Under the pieces are notes generated by a model that did not search any database, was not told where the DNA came from, and was given only the letters and a program-made list of their open reading frames with translations. DNA of 64,000 nt from positions 9,351 through 73,350 of the forward strand of contig LSNL01000001.1 in NCBI GenBank assembly GCA_003056145.1, read 5' to 3'. The translations under genes and the position numbers were made by a program. This stretch comes from Parcubacteria group bacterium M10-OD1-1. Its GTDB lineage: Bacteria > Patescibacteriota > Minisyncoccia > Moranbacterales > UBA2206. Shown here piece after piece: positions 18,307 through 28,774 of the stretch (positions within the stretch are counted from its first letter, which is position 1; each line of letters opens with the position of its first letter).

Positions 18307-20742
18307 TTATTCTATCTTAACAATTTCTGAAGTAGTTTTAACGACAGTATCAGGACTAAGTGAAATAGAATCAATTTTTTCTTTCACTAAAAATTTGGCA
18401 AAATCAAGAAAATCCGAAGGAGCTTGTCCGCAAATTCCCACTTTTCTTTTCGCTTTGTGTGCTTTAGTAATCACTTGTCTAATAAGTTCCTTAACTGCCT
18501 CATTCCTTTCATCATAAACATGAGCTACTTTAGCGCTATCTCTATCCACTCCTAAAGTTAGCTGAGTAAGATCATTAGAACCAATAGAAAATCCGTCAAA
18601 AATTTTGGAAAATTCTTCAGCCAAAATAACATTAGCTGGAATTTCACACATCACATAAACTTCTAAACCATTCTTCTTTCTTTCCAATCCATGTTTTTTC
18701 ATTATTGCTAAAACTTCTTTTCCTTCTTTAATCGTTCGGCAAAAAGGAATCATAATTTTCACATTAGTTAAGCCCATAAAATCGCGAACCTTTTTAAAGG
18801 CTTTACATTCTAAAGCAAATCCTTCTGTATAATCAGGATCATAGTAACGAGAAGCTCCTCGCCAGCCAATCATTGGATTTTCTTCTTTTGGTTCAAAATT
18901 AGAACCTCCAATTAAAGTAGCATATTCATTAGTTTTAAAATCGGACATTCTCACAATGACATCCTTTGGATAAAAAGCAGCTGCGATTCTACCAATCCCC
19001 TCAGCTAACTTATCAACAAAAAATTCTTCCTTATTTTTATATCCACTAGTTAACTGTTCGATTTTTTTTCTTTCATTTTCATCTTTAACTTTTTCAAAAT
19101 GCCTCAAGGCCATTGGATGAATTTTAATATACTCAGTAATAATAAATTCTTCTCGAGCAAGTCCTACGCCGTCATTAGGAATAAAAGAAAGATCAAAAGC
19201 TTTATCTGGATTACCAACATTCATCATTATTTTTGTTTTTGGTCTTTTGAAATTTTTAAGATTAGTCTTTTTTATTGTATATCTTGAAAGACCCTCATAA
19301 ACTTTTCCTTCTTCTCCCTCAGCACAACTAACCGTAATATTTTTGCCATTTTTTATCATATAGGTAGCATTTCCAGTTCCAACGATACAAGGAATACCAA
19401 TTTCTCGACTAACAATCGCAGCATGAGAAGTCCGCCCTCCACTATTAGTTACAATAGCGCTGGCGATTTTCATAATTGGTTCCCAATCAGGATCAGTCAT
19501 CTCAGTAACTAAGACTTCGCCTTTTTTAAATTGTGCAATTTGAGCTACATTTTTAATGATATTAGATTTTCCTTGCCCAATTTTACTCCCCACTGAAGAA
19601 CCAGCGCAAAGCACTTTTCCTCGACTACTAAGAACATATTCTTCTAAGACATTTTGATTTTTTTGAGATTGCACCGTTTCAGGCCTTGCTTGAACAATAA
19701 ATAATTCTCCACTTCTTCCATCTTTTGCCCATTCAATATCCATCGGTTTTTTATAATAAGACTCAAGTTGAATTCCCCATTGAGCGAGTTTCAAAATTTC
19801 TTTGTTATTCAAAGAAAATTTTCTTCTATCTTCAAAGGGAACAGAAACATTTTGAGTAGAAGAATTTCCACCAACACTATATATCAGCTTGCTTTTTTTA
19901 CTTCCAAGTTTTTTTCCGATAATAGAACTAAAACCATCATTAAGTGTGGGTTTATGAACGATAAATTCATCTGGAGTAACTTTTCCTTTAACAATATTTT
20001 CTCCTAGACCCCAAGAGCTATTTATAACAATTGCATCTTGAAAGCCCGATTCAGTATCAATTGTAAACATAACGCCACTTGAAGCTTCGTCTGATCTAAT
20101 CATTTTTTGTACTCCAGCTGAAAGAGCTATTGAAAAATGATCAAATTTCTTATCTACTCGATAGGAAATTGCTCGATCAGTAAAAAGAGAGGCGAAACAT
20201 TTTTTAACAGAATCTAAAAGTTGGTATTCTCCAATAACATTAAGATATGATTCTTGCTGACCAGCGAAAGAAGCGTCCACCAAATCTTCAGCCGTCGCAC
20301 TAGATCTCACTGCTACATCAACACCTCCTGTAAAATGATTTGTATGATCCTCTTTGTCCCAAGTAATCCTAAAATCCTTATGACGAATATATTCACGAGA
20401 AAGCTTAGAATAACTTTCTATAATTTCGTTCCTAAGATCAAAAGGAATTTCGGCAGCCAAAATAGCTTGACGAATTTGATAACCCCGCTTAGACAGATTA
20501 ACCATATTGGAGGTATCCAATCCTTTTAGTATTTTTCTAATTTCTTGATCTAAATTATTTTCAGAAATAAAATAACGGTAAGCAAAAGAAGTGATAGCAA
20601 ACCCATCTGGAACTTTAATACCTTTTCTCCGAAGATTAGAAAACATTTCACCTAAAGAAGCATTTTTTCCACCCACCAACTCTATATCTTTAATGCCAAC
20701 ATCCTTGAACCAAAGAATAAATTCATTTTTTTTGTTTTTCAT
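18307..20742 (-). CDS. ppsA: Phosphoenolpyruvate synthase
   Basis: VGGKNASLGEM, VAVRSSATAED, SFAGQQ, QARPETV, GGRTSHAAIVSRE, EENPMIGWRGASRY, FSIGSNDLTQ. Confidence 0.97.
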   Translation of the reverse strand: MKNKKNEFILWFKDVGIKDIELVGGKNASLGEMFSNLRRKGIKVPDGFAITSFAYRYFISENNLDQEIRKILKGLDTSNMVNLSKRGYQIRQAILAAEIPFDLRNEIIESYSKLSREYIRHKDFRITWDKEDHTNHFTGGVDVAVRSSATAEDLVDASFAGQQESYLNVIGEYQLLDSVKKCFASLFTDRAISYRVDKKFDHFSIALSAGVQKMIRSDEASSGVMFTIDTESGFQDAIVINSSWGLGENIVKGKVTPDEFIVHKPTLNDGFSSIIGKKLGSKKSKLIYSVGGNSSTQNVSVPFEDRRKFSLNNKEILKLAQWGIQLESYYKKPMDIEWAKDGRSGELFIVQARPETVQSQKNQNVLEEYVLSSRGKVLCAGSSVGSKIGQGKSNIIKNVAQIAQFKKGEVLVTEMTDPDWEPIMKIASAIVTNSGGRTSHAAIVSREIGIPCIVGTGNATYMIKNGKNITVSCAEGEEGKVYEGLSRYTIKKTNLKNFKRPKTKIMMNVGNPDKAFDLSFIPNDGVGLAREEFIITEYIKIHPMALRHFEKVKDENERKKIEQLTSGYKNKEEFFVDKLAEGIGRIAAAFYPKDVIVRMSDFKTNEYATLIGGSNFEPKEENPMIGWRGASRYYDPDYTEGFALECKAFKKVRDFMGLTNVKIMIPFCRTIKEGKEVLAIMKKHGLERKKNGLEVYVMCEIPANVILAEEFSKIFDGFSIGSNDLTQLTLGVDRDSAKVAHVYDERNEAVKELIRQVITKAHKAKRKVGICGQAPSDFLDFAKFLVKEKIDSISLSPDTVVKTTSEIVKIE

Positions 20743-21040
20743 TTTTTTGTTTTAAAGTTTATGGTTAGCTACTTTATATTATACCATAAAATAAATAATA
20801 GAAAAGAATACTCAGAAAAATAAAGCAGTATTTATTTCAAAAATTATATTTTATTAAGTAGGTACTATAAACTTCCACACTACTCTAAAACTATATAAAC
20901 GGATTATACCACTCAACAGTTTGAGTTTGAGAATTTATAAGCTATCCACCACCTAGACTTTAAAAGTTTTACCTGATACTTTTTTTACTTAAGTGAATTT
21001 TTATAATTCAGATATAATTCTGATCTTTATCATTAAAAAA

Positions 21041-22486
21041 CTACACAACTTCCTCAATCTTAACTAGACTCATATGCTCATGAGAAACACCTGGACGACC
21101 AGTAACAATTATTACTTTGTCATCAGTTTTGATTTTTTTGTTAATTTTCAAAGTTTCAATAGACTTGTCAATCAACTCATCAAGAGTTTTACATTCCGCT
21201 AGCACAAAACTTTCAATTCCCCAAACCAGCGTCAATTGATTGTGTGTTTTTTCGTTGTTTGTCATAACAAAAAAAGGTTTTTCTAGTCGATGACGAGAAA
21301 TCATACGCGCCGTAAAACCGCTAATACTAGCCGCTACCACTGCTTGAGCCTTAGCGTCTTTCAAGAGTTCGTGAGCTGCATGTGCAATAGCCGTAGAAGT
21401 AGATGCATCTTTGTCTCCCAAAAATCCATGTCCTAAAACATCAAAAGAAGAGTGTTCAGTTTTTTTAATGATATCATACATCACTCTAACAGCTTCAACT
21501 GGATATTTTCCATTAGCAGTTTCTCCAGAAAGCATAACCGCATCTGTATTATCAATCACTGCATTAGAAACATCACTGACTTCCGCTCGAGTGGGACGAG
21601 GGTTATAAATCATTGAATTTAACATTTGAGTAGCCACAATCACTGGAGTAGCTGACTTGAGACATTGCATAATTAGTTCTTTTTGATAGATAACTACCCG
21701 ACTTTCATCCATTTCAATTCCCAAATCACCCCTAGCAATCATAATCACATCAGTAACTTCTATTATTTCTTTAATATTTTTGATTGCATCTTTTCTTTCA
21801 ATTTTAGCGATAATTTGTGGTAATTGTTCTGATTTGCCTAATATTTTTTTCATTTTTTCTCGTGTATCAATAATTTCTTTCGCTCTACCTACAAAAGAAA
21901 GAGCAATAAAATCAACATCTTTTCCTAAAACAAATTTTAAATCTTTTTTATCTTTTTCAGTAACAGCGTCAATCTCTAAATCAGCATCTGGAATATTTAC
22001 ACCTTTATGATCTTGTACCACCCCGCCTTCAATAACTCGTGCTCTTAAAAAATGATTTTCTTTTTTAAAAACCCTAATTTTCATCAGTCCATCCTCAATT
22101 AAAATTTCATTTCCAATTTCAATATTTTTAATAATTCCTGCCCAATCTAAAGTAAGGTGTTTTTTTTCTAATTTATCAGAAACAACTTTTTTAATAGAAG
22201 CTGAATCAAAAACTAAAATTTCTTCTCCATCTTCAATAAGAATTTCTTTTTCCATTAAAGTTCTAATTCTTGGTCCTTGTAAATCCGCTATTATTCCCAC
22301 CGGAATATTCATTTCTTCTCTTAATTCTTTAACATAATCAATCAGTTGACCATTAGATTCATAGCTTCCGTGAGAAAAGTTTATTCTCGCTACATTCATA
22401 CCAGCCTCAATCAACTCCTCAATTTTTTCCTTAGATTTAGTAGTTGGTCCGATTGTTGCAATAATTTTAGTTCGTTTCATAATCAA
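21041..22486 (-). CDS. pyk: Pyruvate kinase
   Basis: RTKIIATIGP, ARINFSHG, DLQGPRIR, IAKIER, MIARGDLGIE, ATQMLNSM..PRPTRAE, MLSGETA. Confidence 0.97.
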   Translation of the reverse strand: MIMKRTKIIATIGPTTKSKEKIEELIEAGMNVARINFSHGSYESNGQLIDYVKELREEMNIPVGIIADLQGPRIRTLMEKEILIEDGEEILVFDSASIKKVVSDKLEKKHLTLDWAGIIKNIEIGNEILIEDGLMKIRVFKKENHFLRARVIEGGVVQDHKGVNIPDADLEIDAVTEKDKKDLKFVLGKDVDFIALSFVGRAKEIIDTREKMKKILGKSEQLPQIIAKIERKDAIKNIKEIIEVTDVIMIARGDLGIEMDESRVVIYQKELIMQCLKSATPVIVATQMLNSMIYNPRPTRAEVSDVSNAVIDNTDAVMLSGETANGKYPVEAVRVMYDIIKKTEHSSFDVLGHGFLGDKDASTSTAIAHAAHELLKDAKAQAVVAASISGFTARMISRHRLEKPFFVMTNNEKTHNQLTLVWGIESFVLAECKTLDELIDKSIETLKINKKIKTDDKVIIVTGRPGVSHEHMSLVKIEEVV

Positions 22487-22594
22487 TCTTTATTTTTAAT
22501 AATTAGTAACCTATCTATTATATATTTATTCTCTTGGAAAATCAAAAGCAGGAAACATCAAGCTACCTGCTCTTAATTTAATTTGTCTTTTATT

Positions 22595-22984
22595 TTATAA
22601 ATGAATTTTCTCAGCAATCTCTCCTACAACTGGTAAAGATTTTTTTTCTCCAGCTAATACATTCCTTATTCCCATAATCCAAAGGATAAAAATTATAACC
22701 CCTAAAATCCAGCCAAAGAAAGGAATCCAAATAAAAAATTCTCCAATAAATAAAACCAAACCTTGCTTAGCATGAAATTGGACAAATTCTGAATCTTTTT
22801 TAAATAAAAGAGCGACTAAACATAGCACATTTAAATAGCTAAGAAATGCCCATAATTTATTTTCAGAAGATTCTTTATTAGGAACGTTCTTATTTTCTTC
22901 TTTGCCATTATTTTCTGGCTGACTTTTCGAAAATTGCTCCTGTTCTTCTTGAGTTGATTGCTCTTGTTTTTTTTGTTCTTCCAT
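22595..22984 (-). CDS. DUF4870-like membrane protein
   Basis: AFLSYL...FVQFHAKQGL...LPVVG pattern; SD AGGAGGTG. Confidence 0.75.
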   Translation of the reverse strand: MEEQKKQEQSTQEEQEQFSKSQPENNGKEENKNVPNKESSENKLWAFLSYLNVLCLVALLFKKDSEFVQFHAKQGLVLFIGEFFIWIPFFGWILGVIIFILWIMGIRNVLAGEKKSLPVVGEIAEKIHL

Positions 22985-23022
22985 ATAACACCTCCTATTC
23001 TTTTTTTATATATTATTAATAT

Positions 23023-23400
23023 CTATACTATTTCATCTGGATCAATACCCAGATCACTTGCTTCCTTCTTTCTTTCCGCTTCAAGCTCTGCCGCATCATT
23101 TATAATCATTCGTTGCCTCTCTTCCGCTAAGTCAATTTCATTGTCCTTTCTTTTTTTGCCAGAAACTTTTCTAATTGCCTGAACACATAAAGGAAATTCC
23201 GCCCTACTTATTTTCAGGTTTCCTATAAATTGCTTCACAAACTCATTTGACCTTACTTCAATTTCTGGCATATCTTTCTTTGCCTTATCTACCATTTCTT
23301 TTAGTTGTCTCCAGCTACCAAAAACATTTCGCACAAATATATCAATCGGTTTTTCTTGTTTTAATTCTCTTTCGGGAAGATAATTGTTTTCATTAGGCAT
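23023..23400 (-). CDS. Hypothetical protein
   Basis: 125-aa ORF co-oriented with and closely spaced to the lemA-htpX run. Confidence 0.65.
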   Translation of the reverse strand: MPNENNYLPERELKQEKPIDIFVRNVFGSWRQLKEMVDKAKKDMPEIEVRSNEFVKQFIGNLKISRAEFPLCVQAIRKVSGKKRKDNEIDLAEERQRMIINDAAELEAERKKEASDLGIDPDEIV

Positions 23401-23419
23401 AATAGTTATTTTACAATTA

Positions 23420-24310
23420 TTATATATTTATTCCCCTTAGTTTAGCCACTCTTTCTTCAATCGGTGGATGAGTCATAAATAGTTTTGAAACTTTTTTGCC
23501 TCTGAAGGGATTAGTAATAAAAAGATGAGCCGTTGCCCGGTTAGCTTCTTTTAATGGTTTTGGATCAGCAGAAATTTTCTCTAGTGCCCGAGCTAAACCT
23601 TCTGGATATCTAGTTAAAAGAGCTCCATCAGCATCAGCTAAAAATTCTCTTTTTCTAGAAATAGCTAATTGCATTAAAACCGCTGCGATTGGAGCTAAAA
23701 TTGACAAAACGATAGCCACTATCATCATAATCATTTGAAATTGTCCACCCCCGTTATCATTATCTCTTCCTCCAAAAAAAGCCCAATAACGAAACCAATC
23801 AGCTAAAAGAGCAATAAAACCTACTAAAACAACTATTACTGTTGAAATTAGAATATCCCGATTACCAATATGAGAGAGTTCGTGAGCAATTACACCTTCT
23901 AATTCAGATTTTTCTAATTTATCAATAATACCACTAGTCAAACAAATTACTCCGTGTTCTGGATTTCTACCAGTTGCAAAAGCATTAGGAGAATCGTCTT
24001 TAATAAGATAAATTTTCGGAACTGGTAAACCAGCGGTGATACAAAGATTTTCTACGATACGATATATTTCTTTTCCATCTTTCGGGGTTATTTCATGAGC
24101 TTTACTTATCGTTAAAACTATTTTATCGCTCCACCAATAAGAGCTAAAACTCATCACGATAGAGAAAATAACCGCTCCGTATAAAATTACGCTACTATTA
24201 AAAGCTTGAGCAAAAACATAACCTACTCCAATAACAAAGATTAAAAAGAAAGTTATATAGACATAAGTTAAATGAGTATTTTTAGCTACCTGATTATAGA
24301 GAGTCATCAA
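23420..24310 (-). CDS. htpX: Zinc metalloprotease HtpX (M48)
   Basis: PNAFATGRNP, ELEGVIAHELSH, AISRKREFLAD, THPPIEER. Confidence 0.95.
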   Translation of the reverse strand: MMTLYNQVAKNTHLTYVYITFFLIFVIGVGYVFAQAFNSSVILYGAVIFSIVMSFSSYWWSDKIVLTISKAHEITPKDGKEIYRIVENLCITAGLPVPKIYLIKDDSPNAFATGRNPEHGVICLTSGIIDKLEKSELEGVIAHELSHIGNRDILISTVIVVLVGFIALLADWFRYWAFFGGRDNDNGGGQFQMIMMIVAIVLSILAPIAAVLMQLAISRKREFLADADGALLTRYPEGLARALEKISADPKPLKEANRATAHLFITNPFRGKKVSKLFMTHPPIEERVAKLRGINI

Positions 24311-24327
24311 TTTAAAAAGTTAATAAT

Positions 24328-24879
24328 TTAAAACTCAACTTTTGGCACTGCTTTTTCTGATTCTTCCATTTCAAAAAAATCTCGTGAAGTAAAATTCAGC
24401 ATTCCCGCTATAATATTAGTTGGGAAAACTTGAACCTTAGTATTAAAATCTCGTACATTACCATTGTAAAATCTTCTAGCAGCTTGAATTTTATCTTCTG
24501 TATCAGTTAATTCTCTTTGCAACTCTAAAAAATTTTGATTAGCTTTTAAATCCGGATAAGCTTCAGCTACAGCAAATAAACTTTTCAAAGCTCCTGTTAA
24601 CATATTTTCCGCTCCAGCTTTTTCTTGAGCAGTACCTGCTCCCATAGCTTGTGTTCTAGCTTCTGTTACTTTTTCAAAAACTTCTTTTTCATGAGCGGCA
24701 TAGCCCTTAACCGTATTGATTAAATTCGGAATTAAATCATATCTCCTCTTTAATTGAACATCAATATCACTCCAAGCCTCATCAACTCTATTTTTAAGTC
24801 TAATTAACCCATTATACATTATAATAACCCAAAGAATTATTATAATTATTATTCCCAAAAAAATTAGTCCTATCATCAT
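24328..24879 (-). CDS. lemA: LemA family protein
   Basis: YNGL..LKNRVDEAWSDIDVQLKRRYDLIPNL, EAYPDLKANQNF, ARRFYN. Confidence 0.95.
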   Translation of the reverse strand: MMIGLIFLGIIIIIILWVIIMYNGLIRLKNRVDEAWSDIDVQLKRRYDLIPNLINTVKGYAAHEKEVFEKVTEARTQAMGAGTAQEKAGAENMLTGALKSLFAVAEAYPDLKANQNFLELQRELTDTEDKIQAARRFYNGNVRDFNTKVQVFPTNIIAGMLNFTSRDFFEMEESEKAVPKVEF

Positions 24880-25006
24880 AATTTTATTTTAATTTATTAT
24901 AGCTTTATTTTAACAACTTTATCCTAAACTGTAAAATCATTTTAAATGTGTTATAATTTAATAGATAACAAAAATAAATTATTATTTGTTTTAATTTTTT
25001 AAAATT

Positions 25007-25459
25007 ATGTTTACTTTCTCTAAATACGCTATTTTCATTATTCCCCTAATTGTTTTAATTTCTGCTCGGATTTTAAAATTTATTATTTTTTATTTCAAAC
25101 ACAATGATGATTTAAAATATGCTATTCGTCACTCTATGACTTATGGACATATGCCGAGTGTTCATTCCGCCTTAATGGTTTCCTTAGTCACTTCTATTGG
25201 TTATTATTCTGGTTTAACTTCTGGTGCTTTTTCCATTGCTTTGATTATGGCAATTCTAATTATTGATGATGCCACTAGATTAAGAGTTTATATGGGTGAC
25301 CATAGTCGGTACATCAATATGCTAATTGGAAAAATTCAAGCTAACCAGATAGATTATCCACATTTAAAAGAAAGAATGGGACATAAAATTAGCGAAGCTA
25401 TCGCTGGAGGAATCTTAGGATTAGTGCTTACTCTAATTCTAATAAGATTTTTTGGATAA
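25007..25459 (+). CDS. Divergent PAP2 family protein (DUF212)
   Basis: GHMPSVHSA, IIDDA..LR, LKERMGH...E..AG. Confidence 0.85.
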   Translation: MFTFSKYAIFIIPLIVLISARILKFIIFYFKHNDDLKYAIRHSMTYGHMPSVHSALMVSLVTSIGYYSGLTSGAFSIALIMAILIIDDATRLRVYMGDHSRYINMLIGKIQANQIDYPHLKERMGHKISEAIAGGILGLVLTLILIRFFG

Positions 25460-26672
25460 TTTTTTTATCGTTCCAAGTAATTCTTTTTTTTCTAATTGCC
25501 ATTGTTTCTTCCGCACCTTTTCCTGTTACAATTACAAAATCACCAGACCTTGCAATTTGTAGAGCTTTTTTAATTGCCTCACGACGATCAACTATTTTCC
25601 AAAAATTTATATTTTCTTGTTTATTTTTAATTCCTCGTGCTACTTCGTTAATAATTTGCCAAGGATCTTCTCCATAAGGATCTTCATTGGTTACAAATAC
25701 ATAGTCAGTGCTATTAGCGACGATTTCTCCCATAATCGGTCGTTTTCCGCGATCACGCTCCCCGCAAGAACCAAAGACTGCAATAACTTTCTTTTTTTGA
25801 ATATTAAGTTTTTTAATAAGTTCATATAATTTTTCCAAAGAATCTGGAGTTACAGCGTAATCAATGATAATATTTAGTCCTTTGTTATTTGCTACACTCT
25901 CCATTCTTCCTGGCACACCCTTAATTTTCTCCAAAGCCTTAGCACAAATTTTCAAATTAATATTTTCCAGGGTTCCAACACTAATAGCGGCTAGAGCATT
26001 TTCAATATTAAAGTTACCCATTAAATTTAAGCTAATCTCTTGATTCTTAATTATAAAAGAAGATTTATCAATACCCGTTTCAATATTTTTGGCCAAAATA
26101 TCCGCTTGATTATTTTTCAAACTATATGTAATTATTTTTTTATCTGTATCTTGCAAAAATTCTTCTGGTTTTTTCATATCTAAGTTTACTACAATATTTT
26201 TTGCTTTTTTGAATAATAATTTCTTAGCCTGACGATATTTCTCCATTGTCTTATGATAATCTAAATGCTCGCGCGTAACATTAGTAATAATCGCAGTATC
26301 ATATTTCACTCCCCAAACTCGATACTGATCCAATGAATGGGAAGATGTTTCTAAAACGACATAATCATGATGAGAAAGAACCGCTTCAGAAATAAATTTT
26401 TGAACAGTAAAAGCAGAAAGGGTTGTAAATTTAGTTTTATTTATTTTTTCTATCCCGTTAAATCTAAAATTAATTGTAGAAGTCATAGCTACTTTATTTC
26501 CCGCTTCTTCTAAAATTTTAGTTATCATTTGAACTGTTGTTGTTTTTCCGTTTGTCCCTGTCACTCCTATCACTTTTATTTTCCGACTGGGATATCCATA
26601 CCAAAGATTTGCCAAGATAGCTTGGACTAAGTGATAATAATTTTTCAATTTTTGCGGAATAATTTTTTTCAT
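25428..26672 (-). CDS. murE: UDP-N-acetylmuramyl-tripeptide synthetase (MurE-type)
   Basis: GVTGTNGKTTT, LETSSH, TNVTREHLDYH, GVPGRME, DYA, FGSCGERDRGKRPIMG, GKG.E. Confidence 0.9.
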   Translation of the reverse strand: MKKIIPQKLKNYYHLVQAILANLWYGYPSRKIKVIGVTGTNGKTTTVQMITKILEEAGNKVAMTSTINFRFNGIEKINKTKFTTLSAFTVQKFISEAVLSHHDYVVLETSSHSLDQYRVWGVKYDTAIITNVTREHLDYHKTMEKYRQAKKLLFKKAKNIVVNLDMKKPEEFLQDTDKKIITYSLKNNQADILAKNIETGIDKSSFIIKNQEISLNLMGNFNIENALAAISVGTLENINLKICAKALEKIKGVPGRMESVANNKGLNIIIDYAVTPDSLEKLYELIKKLNIQKKKVIAVFGSCGERDRGKRPIMGEIVANSTDYVFVTNEDPYGEDPWQIINEVARGIKNKQENINFWKIVDRREAIKKALQIARSGDFVIVTGKGAEETMAIRKKRITWNDKKIIQKILLELE

Positions 26673-26729
26673 ATTTTTATTATATCCTAAAATTAAATAA
26701 ATATAAAAGGTTTAATTCTTTAATAAGAA

Positions 26730-27434
26730 TTAAACCTTTTGACTTCTTTCTATTTTTTTATTGCTGTTAATTCTTAAGACCTCTTCTGCTTCCTGACAAA
26801 TAAGAGAAAAATCAGTTAATGCTTCCCTTATACTTTTCTCGTATTTTAGTCCAGTTAAATTTCTCTTTTGAATAATTTCCAAAAAAGGAAAAGCCTTTTC
26901 TGTTAAATAAGACTCTATTCTTTTTTTAGAGGAAGAAAGGTTTTTGGCATAAAATTCATCTAACATACCTATAAATCCATCAATCATGTCACAAATCTTC
27001 GACATAATTAAAAAATCTGTTTGAGCAATTTTTTTAAAATAACTAATTTTAGACTCACCCTTCATTCTAGTAAACATTTTGACATAAATGGGAATTAACT
27101 GTCCGTAATGTTCTTTGATGCTAATTAGGGTTATCAGACCTACTTCTTCAGGAACATCGTGGAGTAAAATACTTGCCCCTTCTTGATCTTCATATGCAAG
27201 TTTAGCATTATAAACGGTATAATAGATAAAGGCTCTCAACACCCGTTTTGGATGTTTTCTGTATTCGCTTCCATCTCTCCGCATAGTTTGGTGATAAGTA
27301 TCACAGCATTTTTCCGCCTTTAACGTTGCTACACCTTGCATTTTTTTAGCAAAGGATGTTATTCTAATCTGTTGCCAAAGTATACTTTTTTTTCTCACAG
27401 AATCAGCTATGAGCAATAACGGTTTTTCTCTCAT
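26730..27434 (-). CDS. HD-domain protein related to small (p)ppGpp hydrolases, degenerate
   Basis: HQTMRRDGSEYRKHP, LLHDVPEE, KICD resemble the SpoT/Mesh1 HD motifs. Confidence 0.6.
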   Translation of the reverse strand: MREKPLLLIADSVRKKSILWQQIRITSFAKKMQGVATLKAEKCCDTYHQTMRRDGSEYRKHPKRVLRAFIYYTVYNAKLAYEDQEGASILLHDVPEEVGLITLISIKEHYGQLIPIYVKMFTRMKGESKISYFKKIAQTDFLIMSKICDMIDGFIGMLDEFYAKNLSSSKKRIESYLTEKAFPFLEIIQKRNLTGLKYEKSIREALTDFSLICQEAEEVLRINSNKKIERSQKV

Positions 27435-27646
27435 AACTTTTTTCTCCTTATAAAAAATTTTAATGAACTAAAATTAACACCAAAGACTAGTATAAGTTAT
27501 TTTTGATTAAAAATCAATCCCTCTGCATTAAATTGTTTAAAATAACATCAGAGAGTAATAAAGGTTTTAAGCTAATCAGTTTTTTAATTTTCTAGAAACA
27601 AGACAAAAAATTTAAGTTATTTATTTTTAATAGTAAAATTTATACT

Positions 27647-28645
27647 TTAGAATTTTTTATTTTTAAGACTTCTTATGTTTTGAATCGTTCTATATAAATA
27701 ATATCGCATAGGATTAATAATAATATCATAACTCCCAGGAAATTTAACTGGTTTAGTCTTTGGTGAAAAACCTGATTTAAACCGTGTAATACCTCTCCAT
27801 GAATTTTTGCCGCTCTCAATACTAACCCCGCCAAAATCATATCTCATCATCCCTTTTTTTTGAGCTATTCTCATTTGTTGCCATTGCAAAAGATACGATG
27901 CCATCACATTCTTATATTTATCATCTGAAGCTCCATGTAAATAAGTAGCCATTTCCCCAAAAAAAATAACCAAATTAACAGCTGTTACTTGACCTTGATA
28001 TTGAGCAACAAATATATTTAATTTATCCCTTGGAATGGTAGCTATCATTTTTTGATAATATTCTTTAGGATGAGAAACAATTCCTTGCCGTTTAGCAGTA
28101 ATTTGAGCTAATCGCCAGAACTCTTCTAAATATTGTTGCTTATTTTTTTCCTGAGCTACTATGATTTTCACATTTTTTTTCCCCGCCAATCGAATATTGT
28201 ACCGAGTTTTACTTTTCATTTGAGCTAATAATTCTTCTTCTGTTTTCAAAATATCCACCACTAAAACTTCTCTTGGTTGCATATCATGCGGAGCCTTTTG
28301 AATTTTATAATTTATATTTTTTTCAATCTCCACTAACTGATTTTTTGTTACTGGCTCAATTCTAATCCAGCCAGCCTTTTCTTTTTTGGCTAACTTTATT
28401 ATTTTTTTCAATCTCTCTTTGTTATTTTCCAAACTAGATTTCTTTAAAATCGGTCCACGAGGAATATAAAAATATTTTCCCACAATCGGTAATTGATGCT
28501 TAATTATGTTTGCCCAAAAACTTTCTCCCTCTAGATGATACGTTTTTCTTCCTACTGCTTCTTGAAAATTTTTCCATTCATTTGATTGCAAAAAACCACC
28601 ATCAGGAGAATTCTGTTGAATAAAACTATTTTTATTATTTTCCAT
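27647..28645 (-). CDS. FemABX-family peptidoglycan bridge aminoacyltransferase
   Basis: FLQSNEW, YIPRGP, IRIEP, KTRYNIRLA.KK, YLHGAS, LLQW, YDFGG, RFKSGF. Confidence 0.93.
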   Translation of the reverse strand: MENNKNSFIQQNSPDGGFLQSNEWKNFQEAVGRKTYHLEGESFWANIIKHQLPIVGKYFYIPRGPILKKSSLENNKERLKKIIKLAKKEKAGWIRIEPVTKNQLVEIEKNINYKIQKAPHDMQPREVLVVDILKTEEELLAQMKSKTRYNIRLAGKKNVKIIVAQEKNKQQYLEEFWRLAQITAKRQGIVSHPKEYYQKMIATIPRDKLNIFVAQYQGQVTAVNLVIFFGEMATYLHGASDDKYKNVMASYLLQWQQMRIAQKKGMMRYDFGGVSIESGKNSWRGITRFKSGFSPKTKPVKFPGSYDIIINPMRYYLYRTIQNIRSLKNKKF

Positions 28646-28669
28646 AAAAAATTATTCTAACTTAAAGAG

Positions 28670-28740
28670 AGCAAGATACGAGACTCGAACTCGTCTTTTC
28701 TGCTTGGGAAGCAGATGTACTACCCCTGTACTAATCTTGC
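28670..28740 (-). tRNA. tRNA-Gly(CCC), CCA not encoded
   Basis: Reverse complement GCAAGATTAGTACAGGGGTAGTACATCTGCTTCCCAAGCAGAAAAGACGAGTTCGAGTCTCGTATCTTGCT; U73 discriminator. Confidence 0.95.
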
Positions 28741-28774
28741 TAATCTAAAATTAACACTTTTTTAGTTTTTTAAT

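Noticed and set aside
18307-22486. Adjacent ppsA and pyk (opposing reactions)
   Set aside because: Ordinary central-carbon genes; the 298-bp gap shows no convincing structure or ORF
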